Assembly: GCA_032250835.1 (NCBI GenBank)
Contig: JAVVEA010000021.1
Span: 1 to 57,179 of the forward strand
Direction: 5' to 3'
Length of the DNA: 57,179 nucleotides
From: a bacterium
GTDB lineage: Bacteria > SAR324 > XYD2-FULL-50-16
Shown: positions 47,486 through 57,105 of the stretch, piece after piece
How the letters are laid out: each line of letters starts with the position of its first letter
Numbering within the stretch: the stretch's first letter is position 1
Made by a program: the position numbers and the translations under genes
Notes under the pieces: model-generated
Database searches by the model: none
What the model saw: the letters and a program-made list of their open reading frames with translations, nothing else
Told to the model about the DNA's origin: nothing

Positions 47486-47550
47486 GCGAGCCAAAGAAAG
47501 TAATCCCATCCCTTTATTCCTGCTGAGGGCTTCGTGCTTCCCAGAATCTA
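47486..47550. repeat. Partial REP-like repeat, copy 3
   Basis: 47486-47510 is the exact reverse complement of 46126-46150. Confidence 0.75.
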
Positions 47551-47623
47551 TGGAAATCAGGTGACAGTATACTTTTTTCAGACCCCGTTTGGATAAAGTT
47601 AAATTTATATTATAAATCAACCA

Positions 47624-47935
47624 CTAAGACGAGACAATCTGCCCGGTGACATACTTATGAATCAGGCTGCTGATCAAGGTTTGGTAACCGATGCCCTCTT
47701 TGGCGGCCATGATTTTGATGCCCGCCAAATCGGCCTTGGTCAGGCGGATGGTCACACGCTCCGACTTCTTCAGCGTGTTGCGGGCATAAAGCTCGTGCTG
47801 TGCCTTCCGGCGTTCAAATTCTTCTGGGGACGCACTCACCCATTCGCCTCGTTCGCGGGATGCCATGATTTCGGCTTCCTCTTCGTCCAAGGGCTCAAAC
47901 ATCTTGGGGTCGTTGTAGTCTCGTTGTTTGCTCAT
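47624..47935 (-). CDS. CopG/BrnA-like ribbon-helix-helix antitoxin (orphan)
   Basis: LDEEEAEIM.S.ERGEW, KSERVTIRL...DL..IK..A..EGI.YQTLISSLIHKYV. Confidence 0.82.
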   Translation of the reverse strand: MSKQRDYNDPKMFEPLDEEEAEIMASRERGEWVSASPEEFERRKAQHELYARNTLKKSERVTIRLTKADLAGIKIMAAKEGIGYQTLISSLIHKYVTGQIVSS

Positions 47936-47947
47936 TTTCGTCTCCTG

Positions 47948-48122
47948 TTAGGGTAGGCTGTAGAGGGGGGCGAACTGTGCTTGGGTCAATCTGGACCTGC
48001 TGGCGGATTTCTTTGATATCCAGGGGCTCTAGTTCATGGACCTTAGCCCCTTCGGTCTGGCCTTGGGCAAACCGGCTGGCCTCCTGCACGCTCCGCTCTA
48101 GGCTTTCAAAGGCTCGCTTCAT
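47948..48122 (-). pseudogene. Frameshifted and truncated HigA/NadS-like HTH antitoxin
   Basis: MKRAFESLERSVQEA...LDIKEIRQQVQ, then the +1 frame continues LTQAQFA before a stop. Confidence 0.6.
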
Positions 48123-48152
48123 GATTTGGCTCCATATTGCCCCAACAAGAGT

Positions 48153-48695
48153 TTAACCCCGTTCCTTTAGGCAAGGTACGCTCAGGGTCACTTGGGCGTC
48201 CCCGCAGCTTAGCCATAAGGAACCATCTTGTATCTGGGCGGTGAACTCGGTCCCTTCATTGAGCAACTTCTCCAAAGGCCCCCCTTCGGCTTCCCCGATC
48301 CCATAAACCGCCAGTTTGTCGTAGCGCCTGAGCTTGTCGGCCTGGGTCTCGTACCAAGCCGCCGCGTTGGCTTGGTAGCTATAGACCGTCACGGCCTTGG
48401 ACTTGCCGCAAGCCTGACCGAGCCGCTTAGGCTCCGGTTGGCCCAGTTCGATCCAATGGCTGACCTGCCCCTGCAAATCTAAGGTCCAAAGCTCCGGCTC
48501 TTCGGCCACGCAAAGCCCCTTGGTGAACTGAGGCTCCTCAAAGGCCCAAAGCGCATAAACAGCGACCCTAAACATCAAGCGCCGGTCCGTCTCCGAAGGG
48601 TGCTGGACCAAGGTGAGGCGGTGGGTTTGGTAGTGGTTGTTTTCGAAGTCGGAAAGATGCAGTTGGAGCTTGAGGACTTGGCCTTTCGGTGCCAT
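48153..48695 (-). CDS. yaeQ: YaeQ family protein
   Basis: LSD...Y....LT..QHPSET..RLM.R, FTKGL....EPELW, WIELGQP. Confidence 0.9.
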   Translation of the reverse strand: MAPKGQVLKLQLHLSDFENNHYQTHRLTLVQHPSETDRRLMFRVAVYALWAFEEPQFTKGLCVAEEPELWTLDLQGQVSHWIELGQPEPKRLGQACGKSKAVTVYSYQANAAAWYETQADKLRRYDKLAVYGIGEAEGGPLEKLLNEGTEFTAQIQDGSLWLSCGDAQVTLSVPCLKERG

Positions 48696-48715
48696 AAAAC
48701 CTTTGGGGTAGGAAC

Positions 48716-48747
48716 AAAAAAAAAGCTCCCCGAAGGAAGCTTTTTTT
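48716..48747. terminator. Terminator (symmetrical A/T tracts) after mltD
   Basis: A9-GCTCCCCGAAGGAAGC-T7. Confidence 0.7.
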
Positions 48748-48765
48748 ATACTTTAGATGGAATCT

Positions 48766-50235
48766 CTAGATGTTGTCCGAAGACTTCGGCAGCTTCAACG
48801 CCACCTTCTCTCCGACCCGTAAATGCCGCCACCGGCGCGCGATATTCCGGTTCCAGTTCTTCACTTGACTCAACGAGACGTTGTAGTTTTGGCTGATGCT
48901 CCAAAGGGACTCGCCGGGCTGGACCTCGTGGTAAACATAACCTTCTTTAGGTCCCGCAGGAGCCGAACGGGCGACCCGCCGGTACTGGGGCAAGACATAA
49001 TCGCTAGGCACCGGCAACATTATCCGCTGGTTGATCCGCAACAACCGCCGCTTACTTAGGCGGTTAAAGGAAACAATCTGGTCCATGGGGATGCCGTAGC
49101 GCCGCGAAATATCCCAGAGCGTATCGCCCCGGCGGACGCGGTGGTACTTCCAAAAACGGGTGCGGTTGTTTTCTAACTGTGAAAACTCTTCGGCCTTGGC
49201 CTGATAGGGCTCGGGAACATGGACCTCGTAGGTCTCGTAATGCGCCGGGGTCAAGCCCTTGGGAATCGCCGGGTTTAGCTCCGCTAAGACTTCGGCGTCG
49301 AACCCGGTGATCTTGGCCACCTGGGTCAAAGAAACGCCACCGGGCACGGCGATACCATAGCGGGCGACCTCTTCCTTCGGTTCAGGTAGGGGGTCAAAGC
49401 CGTAAGCCTCTAGGTTAGAAAAGAGGATGTTGGCCGCAAAGAACGTGGGAACATAGCCGCGGGTCTCGCGGGGTAGCTTAAGGGACCAGTAATCGGTATC
49501 TAAGCCCAAACGCTTAGCCCGGCGGATCGCGCCGCGCACCCGGCCAGAGCCAGAGTTGTAAGCCGCCAGGGCCAACTCCCACTCACCAAATTCTTTGTAA
49601 AGTGCCTTGAGGTACTTAGCGGCGGCGTGGGTGGATTTTTCAGGATCAAAGCGTTCGTCGTGCCACCAGCTGTTTGAGAGGCCGTAGGTCCGGCCGGTGT
49701 AGGACATAAACTGCCACAGGCCCAAGGCGTTTGCGTGGCTGCGGGCCGTTGGGTTGAAGTTCGACTCCACCACGGCCAAGAAAGCCAAGTTGGCGGGCAA
49801 GCCCTCTTCTTTAAAAATCCGCTGGATCATCGGCAAATACACGGCGCTGCGCTGGATGGCTTCTTCGAAGACATCGCGCTTGCGGTGGGTGTACATATGG
49901 ATGAAGGCTTCGATCTTCTTGTTGCTGTAGGTCGGGATTTCGGGAACCTCAAGGGGTTCGTCCAAATCAGCGGGCGCGTTAACTGCCGGGCCTTTGCCGT
50001 CGATTTCGGCGGTCACTGCGGCTTCGCGGTCTTGGGCCTCTAGCTCTTCGCTCTCTTCGGCGCTCAAAGACTTCTCAGCAGGGGCTTCTTGGGCGGCGAG
50101 TTCTTCTAAGGTAAGGTCTTCGCCATTGCTGGCCTGTTCCTGTGCCACGCCTTCGGTCGGGTTCTCGGCTGGTCCCGCATAAAGTCCGGCGGTGGTCAGC
50201 GCAAAGGCGGCTATCAGAATACAAAAACGTTTCAT
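48766..50235 (-). CDS. mltD: MltD-like lytic transglycosylase with LysM repeats
   Basis: Signal peptide; VVESNF, GLWQFM, ALAAYNSG, LPRETRGYV; LysM VRRGDTLW and VQPGESLW. Confidence 0.9.
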   Translation of the reverse strand: MKRFCILIAAFALTTAGLYAGPAENPTEGVAQEQASNGEDLTLEELAAQEAPAEKSLSAEESEELEAQDREAAVTAEIDGKGPAVNAPADLDEPLEVPEIPTYSNKKIEAFIHMYTHRKRDVFEEAIQRSAVYLPMIQRIFKEEGLPANLAFLAVVESNFNPTARSHANALGLWQFMSYTGRTYGLSNSWWHDERFDPEKSTHAAAKYLKALYKEFGEWELALAAYNSGSGRVRGAIRRAKRLGLDTDYWSLKLPRETRGYVPTFFAANILFSNLEAYGFDPLPEPKEEVARYGIAVPGGVSLTQVAKITGFDAEVLAELNPAIPKGLTPAHYETYEVHVPEPYQAKAEEFSQLENNRTRFWKYHRVRRGDTLWDISRRYGIPMDQIVSFNRLSKRRLLRINQRIMLPVPSDYVLPQYRRVARSAPAGPKEGYVYHEVQPGESLWSISQNYNVSLSQVKNWNRNIARRWRHLRVGEKVALKLPKSSDNI

Positions 50236-50367
50236 GGGTCTCCCCCTTAAGGTCCTTCCCCCAAAACAGGGGATAAAGTTACTTATGCCAGATTTTTCCC
50301 GGCGATACAAGCACAGAAGCTAGCAGGCTCAAAGCAGAGACCGTGCCAGAGCTTGTCTTTCGGTACT

Positions 50368-51324
50368 TTAGCCCCCATCACCTGGGCGGCTCCAACGCTC
50401 TAGCAACCAGATCAAAACCAACCCTGCCACCATCAACGCCACCGCTGCGGCCAATTGAGCGTCCAGGTTGGGCAAAATATTCGCTTCACGCAAAACATGC
50501 TCCTTGCCCCGGATCATCTTGGTTTCCAACACCTCTTTCCAGGGCCACACTTTGCGCAGGCTGCCGGCCATCAGGCCCGTCAAAAAGGCCAGGGTCATGG
50601 CTTCGAAGTGGTGTAGCAGGTAACTCAAAACCCGACTAAAGGCTCCAATCCCCAGGGCGGCCCCCACCGCAAACAGGACGATGATCACCAGCGAATCGAT
50701 GCTGGTTGGGTTCTTTAAAGCCCCGGTCACATACTCATATTTACCTAAGATCAGCATCAAAAAGGCCCCGGAGATTCCCGGCAGGATCATGGCGCAGATG
50801 GCAATCATCCCGACCAATATTATAAACCACCAATCCGTCGGCGTCTGCACCGGAATCATGCCCACCACCAAAAAACCGAAGACCGCCCCGCCCAACAGGC
50901 CCCCTACACGGGCCAAGCTCCACTGAACTTTAAGCGCCAAAATCAAAATCGACGCTAAGATCAATCCAAAAAAAGCCGACCAAGTCAAAACCGGTTCTTC
51001 CTTTAACAGCCAATGCATCAGCCGGGCGATGCCGATGATGGCGGTGCCGATTCCGGCCAGCAGGACCACCAAAAAACGCAAATGCACCCCGGCCAGCGCG
51101 TCGGCAAGACGCAACCGACCCAAATTTTTGAAGGTATCTAGGTCTACGGACTTGATGGCGTCGATCAGGTGGGTATAGATACCTGAGATCAAGGCGATGG
51201 TGCCACCCGAAACGCCGGGGATGATGTCCGCAGCCCCCATGGCCACGCCCTTAAAATAAAGGACTAAGGCTTCTTTAGGGGTCTTCGGGCCCGGCGAGGC
51301 CATCAAGGCGGATTTCAGTTGCAT
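50368..51324 (-). CDS. DUF368 membrane protein (undecaprenyl-phosphate translocase family)
   Basis: MGAADIIPGVSGGTIA, AMILPGISG, GSLRKVWPW. Confidence 0.9.
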   Translation of the reverse strand: MQLKSALMASPGPKTPKEALVLYFKGVAMGAADIIPGVSGGTIALISGIYTHLIDAIKSVDLDTFKNLGRLRLADALAGVHLRFLVVLLAGIGTAIIGIARLMHWLLKEEPVLTWSAFFGLILASILILALKVQWSLARVGGLLGGAVFGFLVVGMIPVQTPTDWWFIILVGMIAICAMILPGISGAFLMLILGKYEYVTGALKNPTSIDSLVIIVLFAVGAALGIGAFSRVLSYLLHHFEAMTLAFLTGLMAGSLRKVWPWKEVLETKMIRGKEHVLREANILPNLDAQLAAAVALMVAGLVLIWLLERWSRPGDGG

Positions 51325-51328
51325 AGAT

Positions 51329-51838
51329 TTATCTTAAATGTTGGGGGAGTTCAGCAATGAAGGGGAGGTTGCGGTAGAGGCCGTTATGGTCCATGCCATA
51401 GCCGACCACCCAAGAATCAGGGCAATGCAGGCCGGTGTAGTCCGCCGTAAAGTCGGATTTGCCTTTATCCAATAGGCAGCAGGTCAACACTTCGCTGGCC
51501 CCTAGAGCAAGCAATTCTTTTTTTAGCGCATTGAGGCTGTTTCCGCTGTCTAATATATCGTCCACCAGCATCAGCTTGCGGCCCTTGGGGTCGAAGTCCA
51601 AGTTGAATTGGATCTTGCCTTGCGTCTCGCCTTCATAGCTTTTGACGCGGACACTGTGAAAGCTCAGCTCAAAATCCAGATGGCGGATCAAGTCTGCCAT
51701 AAAAACCAAGGCCCCTTGCATCAAAACAACCAGCTCCAAACCGGTGCCCGCCTGTTCGGCGGTGATCCGGTGGGCCAGATGTTTGACCTGGGCGGCAATG
51801 GCCTCGGGGCTGTAGATGATATTGGTAAACTGTGTCAT
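51329..51838 (-). CDS. hpt: Hypoxanthine phosphoribosyltransferase
   Basis: GALVFMADL, SY, LVDDILDSG, LLDK, VVGYGMD...YRNLP. Confidence 0.92.
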   Translation of the reverse strand: MTQFTNIIYSPEAIAAQVKHLAHRITAEQAGTGLELVVLMQGALVFMADLIRHLDFELSFHSVRVKSYEGETQGKIQFNLDFDPKGRKLMLVDDILDSGNSLNALKKELLALGASEVLTCCLLDKGKSDFTADYTGLHCPDSWVVGYGMDHNGLYRNLPFIAELPQHLR

Positions 51839-51933
51839 AAAGTGCCTGGGGACGAACTTGACCGCATTTTTCAATAGTGCAAGGATAACTGTCAATCCAA
51901 GCTTGCCCCTAAACTACGCTAAGAAGAGATGCC

Positions 51934-53364
51934 ATGCAGTTTGAGCCGGTGATCGGTCTGGAGGTTCACGCCCAGCTTTCCACCAACTCCAAGATGTTTT
52001 GTACCTGTGCCAACCAATATGGTGCCCAGGCCAACGAACATGTCTGCCCGGTCTGTCTGGGTCTGCCTGGAGCTTTGCCCCGCACCAACCAGAAGGCGGT
52101 GGAATTTGCCATTCTTTTGGGCCTAGCGACAAACTGCGAGATCCGCTTAGACAGCCAGTTTGCCCGGAAAAATTATTTTTATCCCGACCTCCCCAAGGCC
52201 TACCAGATCAGCCAGTATGACCGGCCCATCTGCGAGAACGGCTGGATCGAGATCGAAACCAAAGCGGGCATCAAGCGCATCGGCATCACCCGCATCCACA
52301 TGGAAGAAGACGCAGGCAAGCTGGTCCATGAGGGGCAAGACCCCAATGCTTCTTACGTAGACCTCAACCGCGCCGGGGTGCCGCTCTTAGAGATCGTCAG
52401 CGAGCCGGACATCCGCAACTCCGAAGAGGCCAAGGCCTATATGGAGAAAATCCACGCCTACGTGACCTACCTGGGCGTCTGCAACGGCGACATGGAAAAG
52501 GGCAACCTGCGCTGCGACGCCAACGTTTCGATCCGCCCCAAGGGCCAAGAGAAGTTTGGCACCCGCACGGAGACCAAAAACCTCAACAGCTTCCGTAACG
52601 TCGCCTCGGCCATTGATTTTGAGATCGCCCGCCAAACCGACGCGGTCTTAGACGGCGAGACCATCTACCAAGAAACCCGGCTTTGGGACGCCAACCTGAA
52701 CCAATCACGCAGCCTGCGGCTCAAAGAAGACAGCGACGACTACCGCTACTTCCCCTGCCCAGACCTGCCGGTGGTGATGATCGACCCGGCCCAGGTCGAA
52801 GCGCTCAAAGGCAAATTGCCGGAGCTACCGGACCAAAAGCGGGACCGCTTCACCGCGCAATATGGCCTAAGCCCCTACGATGCGGCCCTTTTGACCACCG
52901 ACAAGGCGCTTTCGCACTTCTTTGAAGACTGCTTAAGCGACGGGGCCCCGGCCAAACAGGTGGCCAACTGGATCTTGGCGGAGATGTCGCGGCTCTTCAA
53001 CGAAACCAAGACCGACGTACACAGCCTAAAAATTGCTCCGGCCCAACTGGCGGCCATGATCGCCCTGATCGAAGACGGCACTATCAGCAGCAAGATCGCC
53101 AAGACGGTCTTTGAAGAGATGTTCAACACCGGCAAAGACCCCGGCGCGGTGGTCGAAGAAAAGGGCCTCAAGCAGGTCAGCGACGAAGGCGCGCTCAAGA
53201 CCATCTGCCAGCAGGTGATCGACGGAAACCCCGGCCAAACCGCCGAGTACCGCAGCGGAAAAGACAAGCTCTTCGGCTTTTTTGTCGGTCAGGTGATGAA
53301 AGAAACTAAAGGCAAGGCCAACCCGCAGGTGATCAACCAACTGCTCAAAGACCTGCTCGGCTAA
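51934..53364 (+). CDS. gatB: Asp/Glu-tRNA amidotransferase subunit B
   Basis: VIGLEVH, RKNYFYPDLPK, HMEEDAGK, LRCDANVS, DYRYFP, GFFVGQVMK. Confidence 0.98.
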   Translation: MQFEPVIGLEVHAQLSTNSKMFCTCANQYGAQANEHVCPVCLGLPGALPRTNQKAVEFAILLGLATNCEIRLDSQFARKNYFYPDLPKAYQISQYDRPICENGWIEIETKAGIKRIGITRIHMEEDAGKLVHEGQDPNASYVDLNRAGVPLLEIVSEPDIRNSEEAKAYMEKIHAYVTYLGVCNGDMEKGNLRCDANVSIRPKGQEKFGTRTETKNLNSFRNVASAIDFEIARQTDAVLDGETIYQETRLWDANLNQSRSLRLKEDSDDYRYFPCPDLPVVMIDPAQVEALKGKLPELPDQKRDRFTAQYGLSPYDAALLTTDKALSHFFEDCLSDGAPAKQVANWILAEMSRLFNETKTDVHSLKIAPAQLAAMIALIEDGTISSKIAKTVFEEMFNTGKDPGAVVEEKGLKQVSDEGALKTICQQVIDGNPGQTAEYRSGKDKLFGFFVGQVMKETKGKANPQVINQLLKDLLG

Positions 53365-53379
53365 CCGCCCCCCACCGCT

Positions 53380-53413
53380 CGGGTCCCCGTCAGGGGGACC
53401 CGCCTATTTTTTT
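53380..53413 (+). terminator. Terminator after gatB
   Basis: CGGGTCCCC/GGGGACCCG stem followed by a T-tract. Confidence 0.65.
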
Positions 53414-53421
53414 GAGGCCCC

Positions 53422-56019
53422 ATGAACGCAAATCCCCGGACGATTTTTCTTAAGGATTACCAGCCCTTCAGCCATGAGGTCTTAAGTACGGACCTGATTT
53501 TTGACCTCTATGAGGACATGGCTCAGGTGACCAACAAGATGAAGTTGGTTGCTCAAGAAGGTGCTACCGAGTTGGTTTTGGACGGGGCCCAGTTGGCCCT
53601 GTTGGGCCTGAAGTTGGACGGCAAGGATCTGGACCCCGACCGGTACCGGATCGAAGGGGAGCAGCTGACGCTCACCGGCCTGCCCGCTCGATTTAGCTTA
53701 GAAATCCTCACCGAAATCCGCCCCGCCGAGAACCGCAGCTTAGAGGGCCTCTACCAAAGCGGCGCGCTCTTCTGCACCCAGTGCGAGCCCCAGGGCTTCC
53801 GCAAAATCACCTACTTCCCCGACCGGCCCGACGTGATGACCCTGTTCACCACCGAAATCCGGGCCGAGAAGGCCAAATATCCGGTGTTGCTTTCCAACGG
53901 CAACCGCATCGGCTCTGGCGACCTGAAGATCGGGCGCCATTGGGCCAAATGGGAAGACCCCTTCAAAAAGCCCGCCTACCTCTTCGCCTTGGTGGCCGGT
54001 AACCTAACGGCCCGCCACGACAGCTTCACCACCATGAGTGGACGGAAGGTGGCCCTTGAGCTTTACACAGAGCCCGAAAATGCCCACAAAACCGAACACG
54101 GGATGGAGAGCCTAAAAAAGGCCATGAAGTGGGATGAAGAGGTCTATGGCTTAGAATATGACCTGGACATCTTCATGATCGTCTCGGTCAACGACTTCAA
54201 CATGGGGGCCATGGAGAACAAGGGTCTGAACATCTTCAACAGCTCCTGCGTACTCGCCGACCCCCGCACCGCCACGGACGCGGAGTTTGAGTTCATCATG
54301 GGGGTGATCGGCCATGAATATTTCCACAACTGGAGCGGGAACCGGGTCACCTGCCGCGATTGGTTCCAGTTAAGCCTTAAAGAAGGCCTGACCATCTTCC
54401 GCGACCAGCAGTTCAGCAGCGACCTGGGCAGCGCGGCGGTCAAACGGATCGACGACGCCAAACTGCTGCGGACCAGCCAGTTCGCCGAAGATGGCGGCCC
54501 CATGGCCCACCCGGTCCGCCCGGAATCTTACATTGAGATCAACAACTTCTATACCCTGACGGTTTACCAAAAAGGGGCCGAGTTGATCCGCATGATGTAT
54601 TTAATGCTCGGCAAAGAGGCCTACTACAAGGGCGTCAAACTATACTTTGAGCGCAACGACGGGACGGCGGCGAGGGTTGAAGACTTTGTGGCCGCCCTCG
54701 AAGAAGGCAGCGGTCAGGACCTGACCCGTTTTGGCCGCTGGTACCACCAAGCGGGCACGCCGCGTCTGAGCGTCGAGACCACCTGGAACGAAGCCAGCAA
54801 AAAACTCACCTTAACCTTAAGCCAAAGCACCCCGCCCACGCCGGGCCAAGAGACCAAGTTGCCCTTGGTGATCCCCGTCAAGCTCAAGGGCTTTGGCCCC
54901 GGAGGCGAAGTTTGGATTGAGGAGCAATTGGCGGTTTTAGAAGAAGAAAAGACCGAGTTTGTTTTTGAAGGCTTTGCGGGACGCCCGATCCTCTCGCTGC
55001 TGCGCGGATTTTCTGCGCCAGTAAGGCTGGACTATGACCAGCCCAAAGCGGAGCGGTTGTTCTTGATGGCCCACGACGACGATCCCTTCAACGCCGTCGA
55101 GGCCGCCCAAGGCCTGATGATGCGCCAGATCGACCACCTGCTCAAGGACCTGAGCCTGGGCTCGGAGATGCAGGTAGAACCCGAGTTGATCGAGGCCATC
55201 CAAAAGCTGATCGAGGACCCCAGCAAAGACATGGCTTTGGTGGCGCTGGCCGTATCCTTGCCCAGCGAGCAGTACATTTTAGAGCAAATGCCCGAGATGT
55301 TGATTGAGCCGGTCTTAGAGGCCCGCAAGTTCCTCAAGGGCGTCATCGCCATGACCTTAGCCCCCCAGTGGAACCAGTTGTACCGCCGCCTCAACGATGG
55401 CGAGGCCTTCCGCTTTGACTCGGCAGCCACCGGCAAGCGCCGCCTGAAGAACTTGGCCTTAGATTACCTAGTGGCCACCGAAGACCTAGACGCACTGCAA
55501 ACCTGCCTGGATCAATACGACGAGGCAGACAACATGACCGACCGGCTGAGCGCCCTGTCGATCTTGGTCAACCGGCCGGGTCTTGAGAAACATATGGTCT
55601 TGGCGGACTTCTTTGAGGTATACTGCAACGACGCGCTGGTTTTAAATAAGTTCTTCAGCTTGCAGGCAGCTAGCCCCGAGTTCCTGCCCGGACAGGTGGC
55701 AGGCCTGCTCGAGCACCCGAGCTTCGACAAGAAGAACCCCAATAATTTGCGGGCCGTCTTAGGCAGCTTTGCGCTGCGCAACTTAAAGCAATTCCACGCC
55801 GCCGATGGTTCGGGCTATCAGTTTTTGGCCAGCCAGATTCTGTGGCTGAACGACGAGAATCCCCAGATTGCCGCCCGGCTGCTGTTGCCGCTGAGCCGCT
55901 GGGCCCGGTTCCCCGAAGATCGGCGCGAGTTGGCGCGGGAGCTGTTAGAGAAGATTTTGGCCCACGAGGGATTGAGTCCGGACGTGTATGAGGTAGCTGC
56001 CAAGAGTCTGGGGCGTTAA
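53422..56019 (+). CDS. pepN: Aminopeptidase N
   Basis: TQCEPQGFR, GAMENKG, HEYFHNW..E, NFYTLTVY. Confidence 0.97.
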   Translation: MNANPRTIFLKDYQPFSHEVLSTDLIFDLYEDMAQVTNKMKLVAQEGATELVLDGAQLALLGLKLDGKDLDPDRYRIEGEQLTLTGLPARFSLEILTEIRPAENRSLEGLYQSGALFCTQCEPQGFRKITYFPDRPDVMTLFTTEIRAEKAKYPVLLSNGNRIGSGDLKIGRHWAKWEDPFKKPAYLFALVAGNLTARHDSFTTMSGRKVALELYTEPENAHKTEHGMESLKKAMKWDEEVYGLEYDLDIFMIVSVNDFNMGAMENKGLNIFNSSCVLADPRTATDAEFEFIMGVIGHEYFHNWSGNRVTCRDWFQLSLKEGLTIFRDQQFSSDLGSAAVKRIDDAKLLRTSQFAEDGGPMAHPVRPESYIEINNFYTLTVYQKGAELIRMMYLMLGKEAYYKGVKLYFERNDGTAARVEDFVAALEEGSGQDLTRFGRWYHQAGTPRLSVETTWNEASKKLTLTLSQSTPPTPGQETKLPLVIPVKLKGFGPGGEVWIEEQLAVLEEEKTEFVFEGFAGRPILSLLRGFSAPVRLDYDQPKAERLFLMAHDDDPFNAVEAAQGLMMRQIDHLLKDLSLGSEMQVEPELIEAIQKLIEDPSKDMALVALAVSLPSEQYILEQMPEMLIEPVLEARKFLKGVIAMTLAPQWNQLYRRLNDGEAFRFDSAATGKRRLKNLALDYLVATEDLDALQTCLDQYDEADNMTDRLSALSILVNRPGLEKHMVLADFFEVYCNDALVLNKFFSLQAASPEFLPGQVAGLLEHPSFDKKNPNNLRAVLGSFALRNLKQFHAADGSGYQFLASQILWLNDENPQIAARLLLPLSRWARFPEDRRELARELLEKILAHEGLSPDVYEVAAKSLGR

Positions 56020-56061
56020 GAATTTGGGGCCTTACAACCCCGCCATCCTTGCATTAGGAAC

Positions 56062-56943
56062 ATGATGATCAAATCGATGACCGGCTTTTGCAAAGCCGAG
56101 GTTCAAGCAGGCGGAAAGGTTTGTTCCGTTGAAATGCGCTCCGTCAACCACCGCCACTTGGACGCCCGGGTGACGCTACCCAAGGCCTTTGGGCAGCTTG
56201 AAGAAGACCTTAAAAAAGCGCTCAAAACCCACCTAACCCGTGGCAAGGTGGATGTGTTGCTGCACCTAGTGGGCGGGGACATCGTTGAAGAAAAGATCGA
56301 GGCCGACTTAGGCGTTTGGAAGGGTTTTAAAGAGGTCTTGGCCCAACTAGAATCCGGCTGGGACCGCAAGATTCAGGTCAGCCTAAACGACCTGACCCAG
56401 ATCAAGGGACTGTTGCAATCGGTGCCCGTTGCGCCCGACGACTATGACTATCCGGCGCTGTTCCAGCAGGCCGTCGAGGAAGGGGCCCGGCTCTTGGCCG
56501 AGATGCGGGCCGTCGAAGGCAATTTGTTGAAAACCGAAATCCTGGGCCATGTGACCTATCTGGAAGAATTGATTGCCCAGGTGCCCCAGTATGAGGCCGA
56601 GGTGGTACAGCTTTACAAGGACCGCCTAGCCAACAACTTGGCCAAGCTGGACTTGAGCCTCAAGGAAGATGACCCCCGGATTGCCCAGGAGATCGGATTC
56701 TTTGTGGACCGCGCTGACGTAACCGAAGAGGTAGAACGCTTCCGCACCCATTTGACCCATTTGCGCACGCTGCTGGACGCCGAAGAGCCGGTGGGCCGCA
56801 AGCTGGATTTTATGATGCAGGAGCTCAACCGCGAAGCCAACACGCTCTGTTCCAAGGCAGGGCACCAGAAGATCACCGAAATCGGGGTGACCTTAAAGAC
56901 AGAAATCGAAAAGATCCGCGAACAGGTGCAGAATATCGAGTAG
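56062..56943 (+). CDS. yicC: YicC/YloC family endoribonuclease
   Basis: SMTGF, SVNHR, RGKV, GRKLDF..QELNREANT..SK, IREQVQNIE. Confidence 0.95.
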   Translation: MMIKSMTGFCKAEVQAGGKVCSVEMRSVNHRHLDARVTLPKAFGQLEEDLKKALKTHLTRGKVDVLLHLVGGDIVEEKIEADLGVWKGFKEVLAQLESGWDRKIQVSLNDLTQIKGLLQSVPVAPDDYDYPALFQQAVEEGARLLAEMRAVEGNLLKTEILGHVTYLEELIAQVPQYEAEVVQLYKDRLANNLAKLDLSLKEDDPRIAQEIGFFVDRADVTEEVERFRTHLTHLRTLLDAEEPVGRKLDFMMQELNREANTLCSKAGHQKITEIGVTLKTEIEKIREQVQNIE

Positions 56944-56950
56944 GGCCCCC

Positions 56951-57105
56951 ATGCCCCCTTTCACGCTGCTCAACTTGGCCTTGCGTCCCGACCTGCTCGA
57001 ATGGGTCGCCGCCAAGCATATGGAAGCCTTCGCCACCTACCAACCGCCGGGCCTGACCTTGGCGGCTAAAGTGGGCATGCTGCCAGGCCGCCTGAATGCC
57101 CAGGG
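56951..57105 (+). pseudogene. N-terminus of a gene interrupted by the IS copy
   Basis: The ORF starts 7 nt after the yicC stop and runs into the IS end at 57106. Confidence 0.55.

Noticed and set aside
46081-47550. CRISPR array
   Set aside because: The repeats are inverted, long and irregular, with no spacer periodicity and no cas genes.
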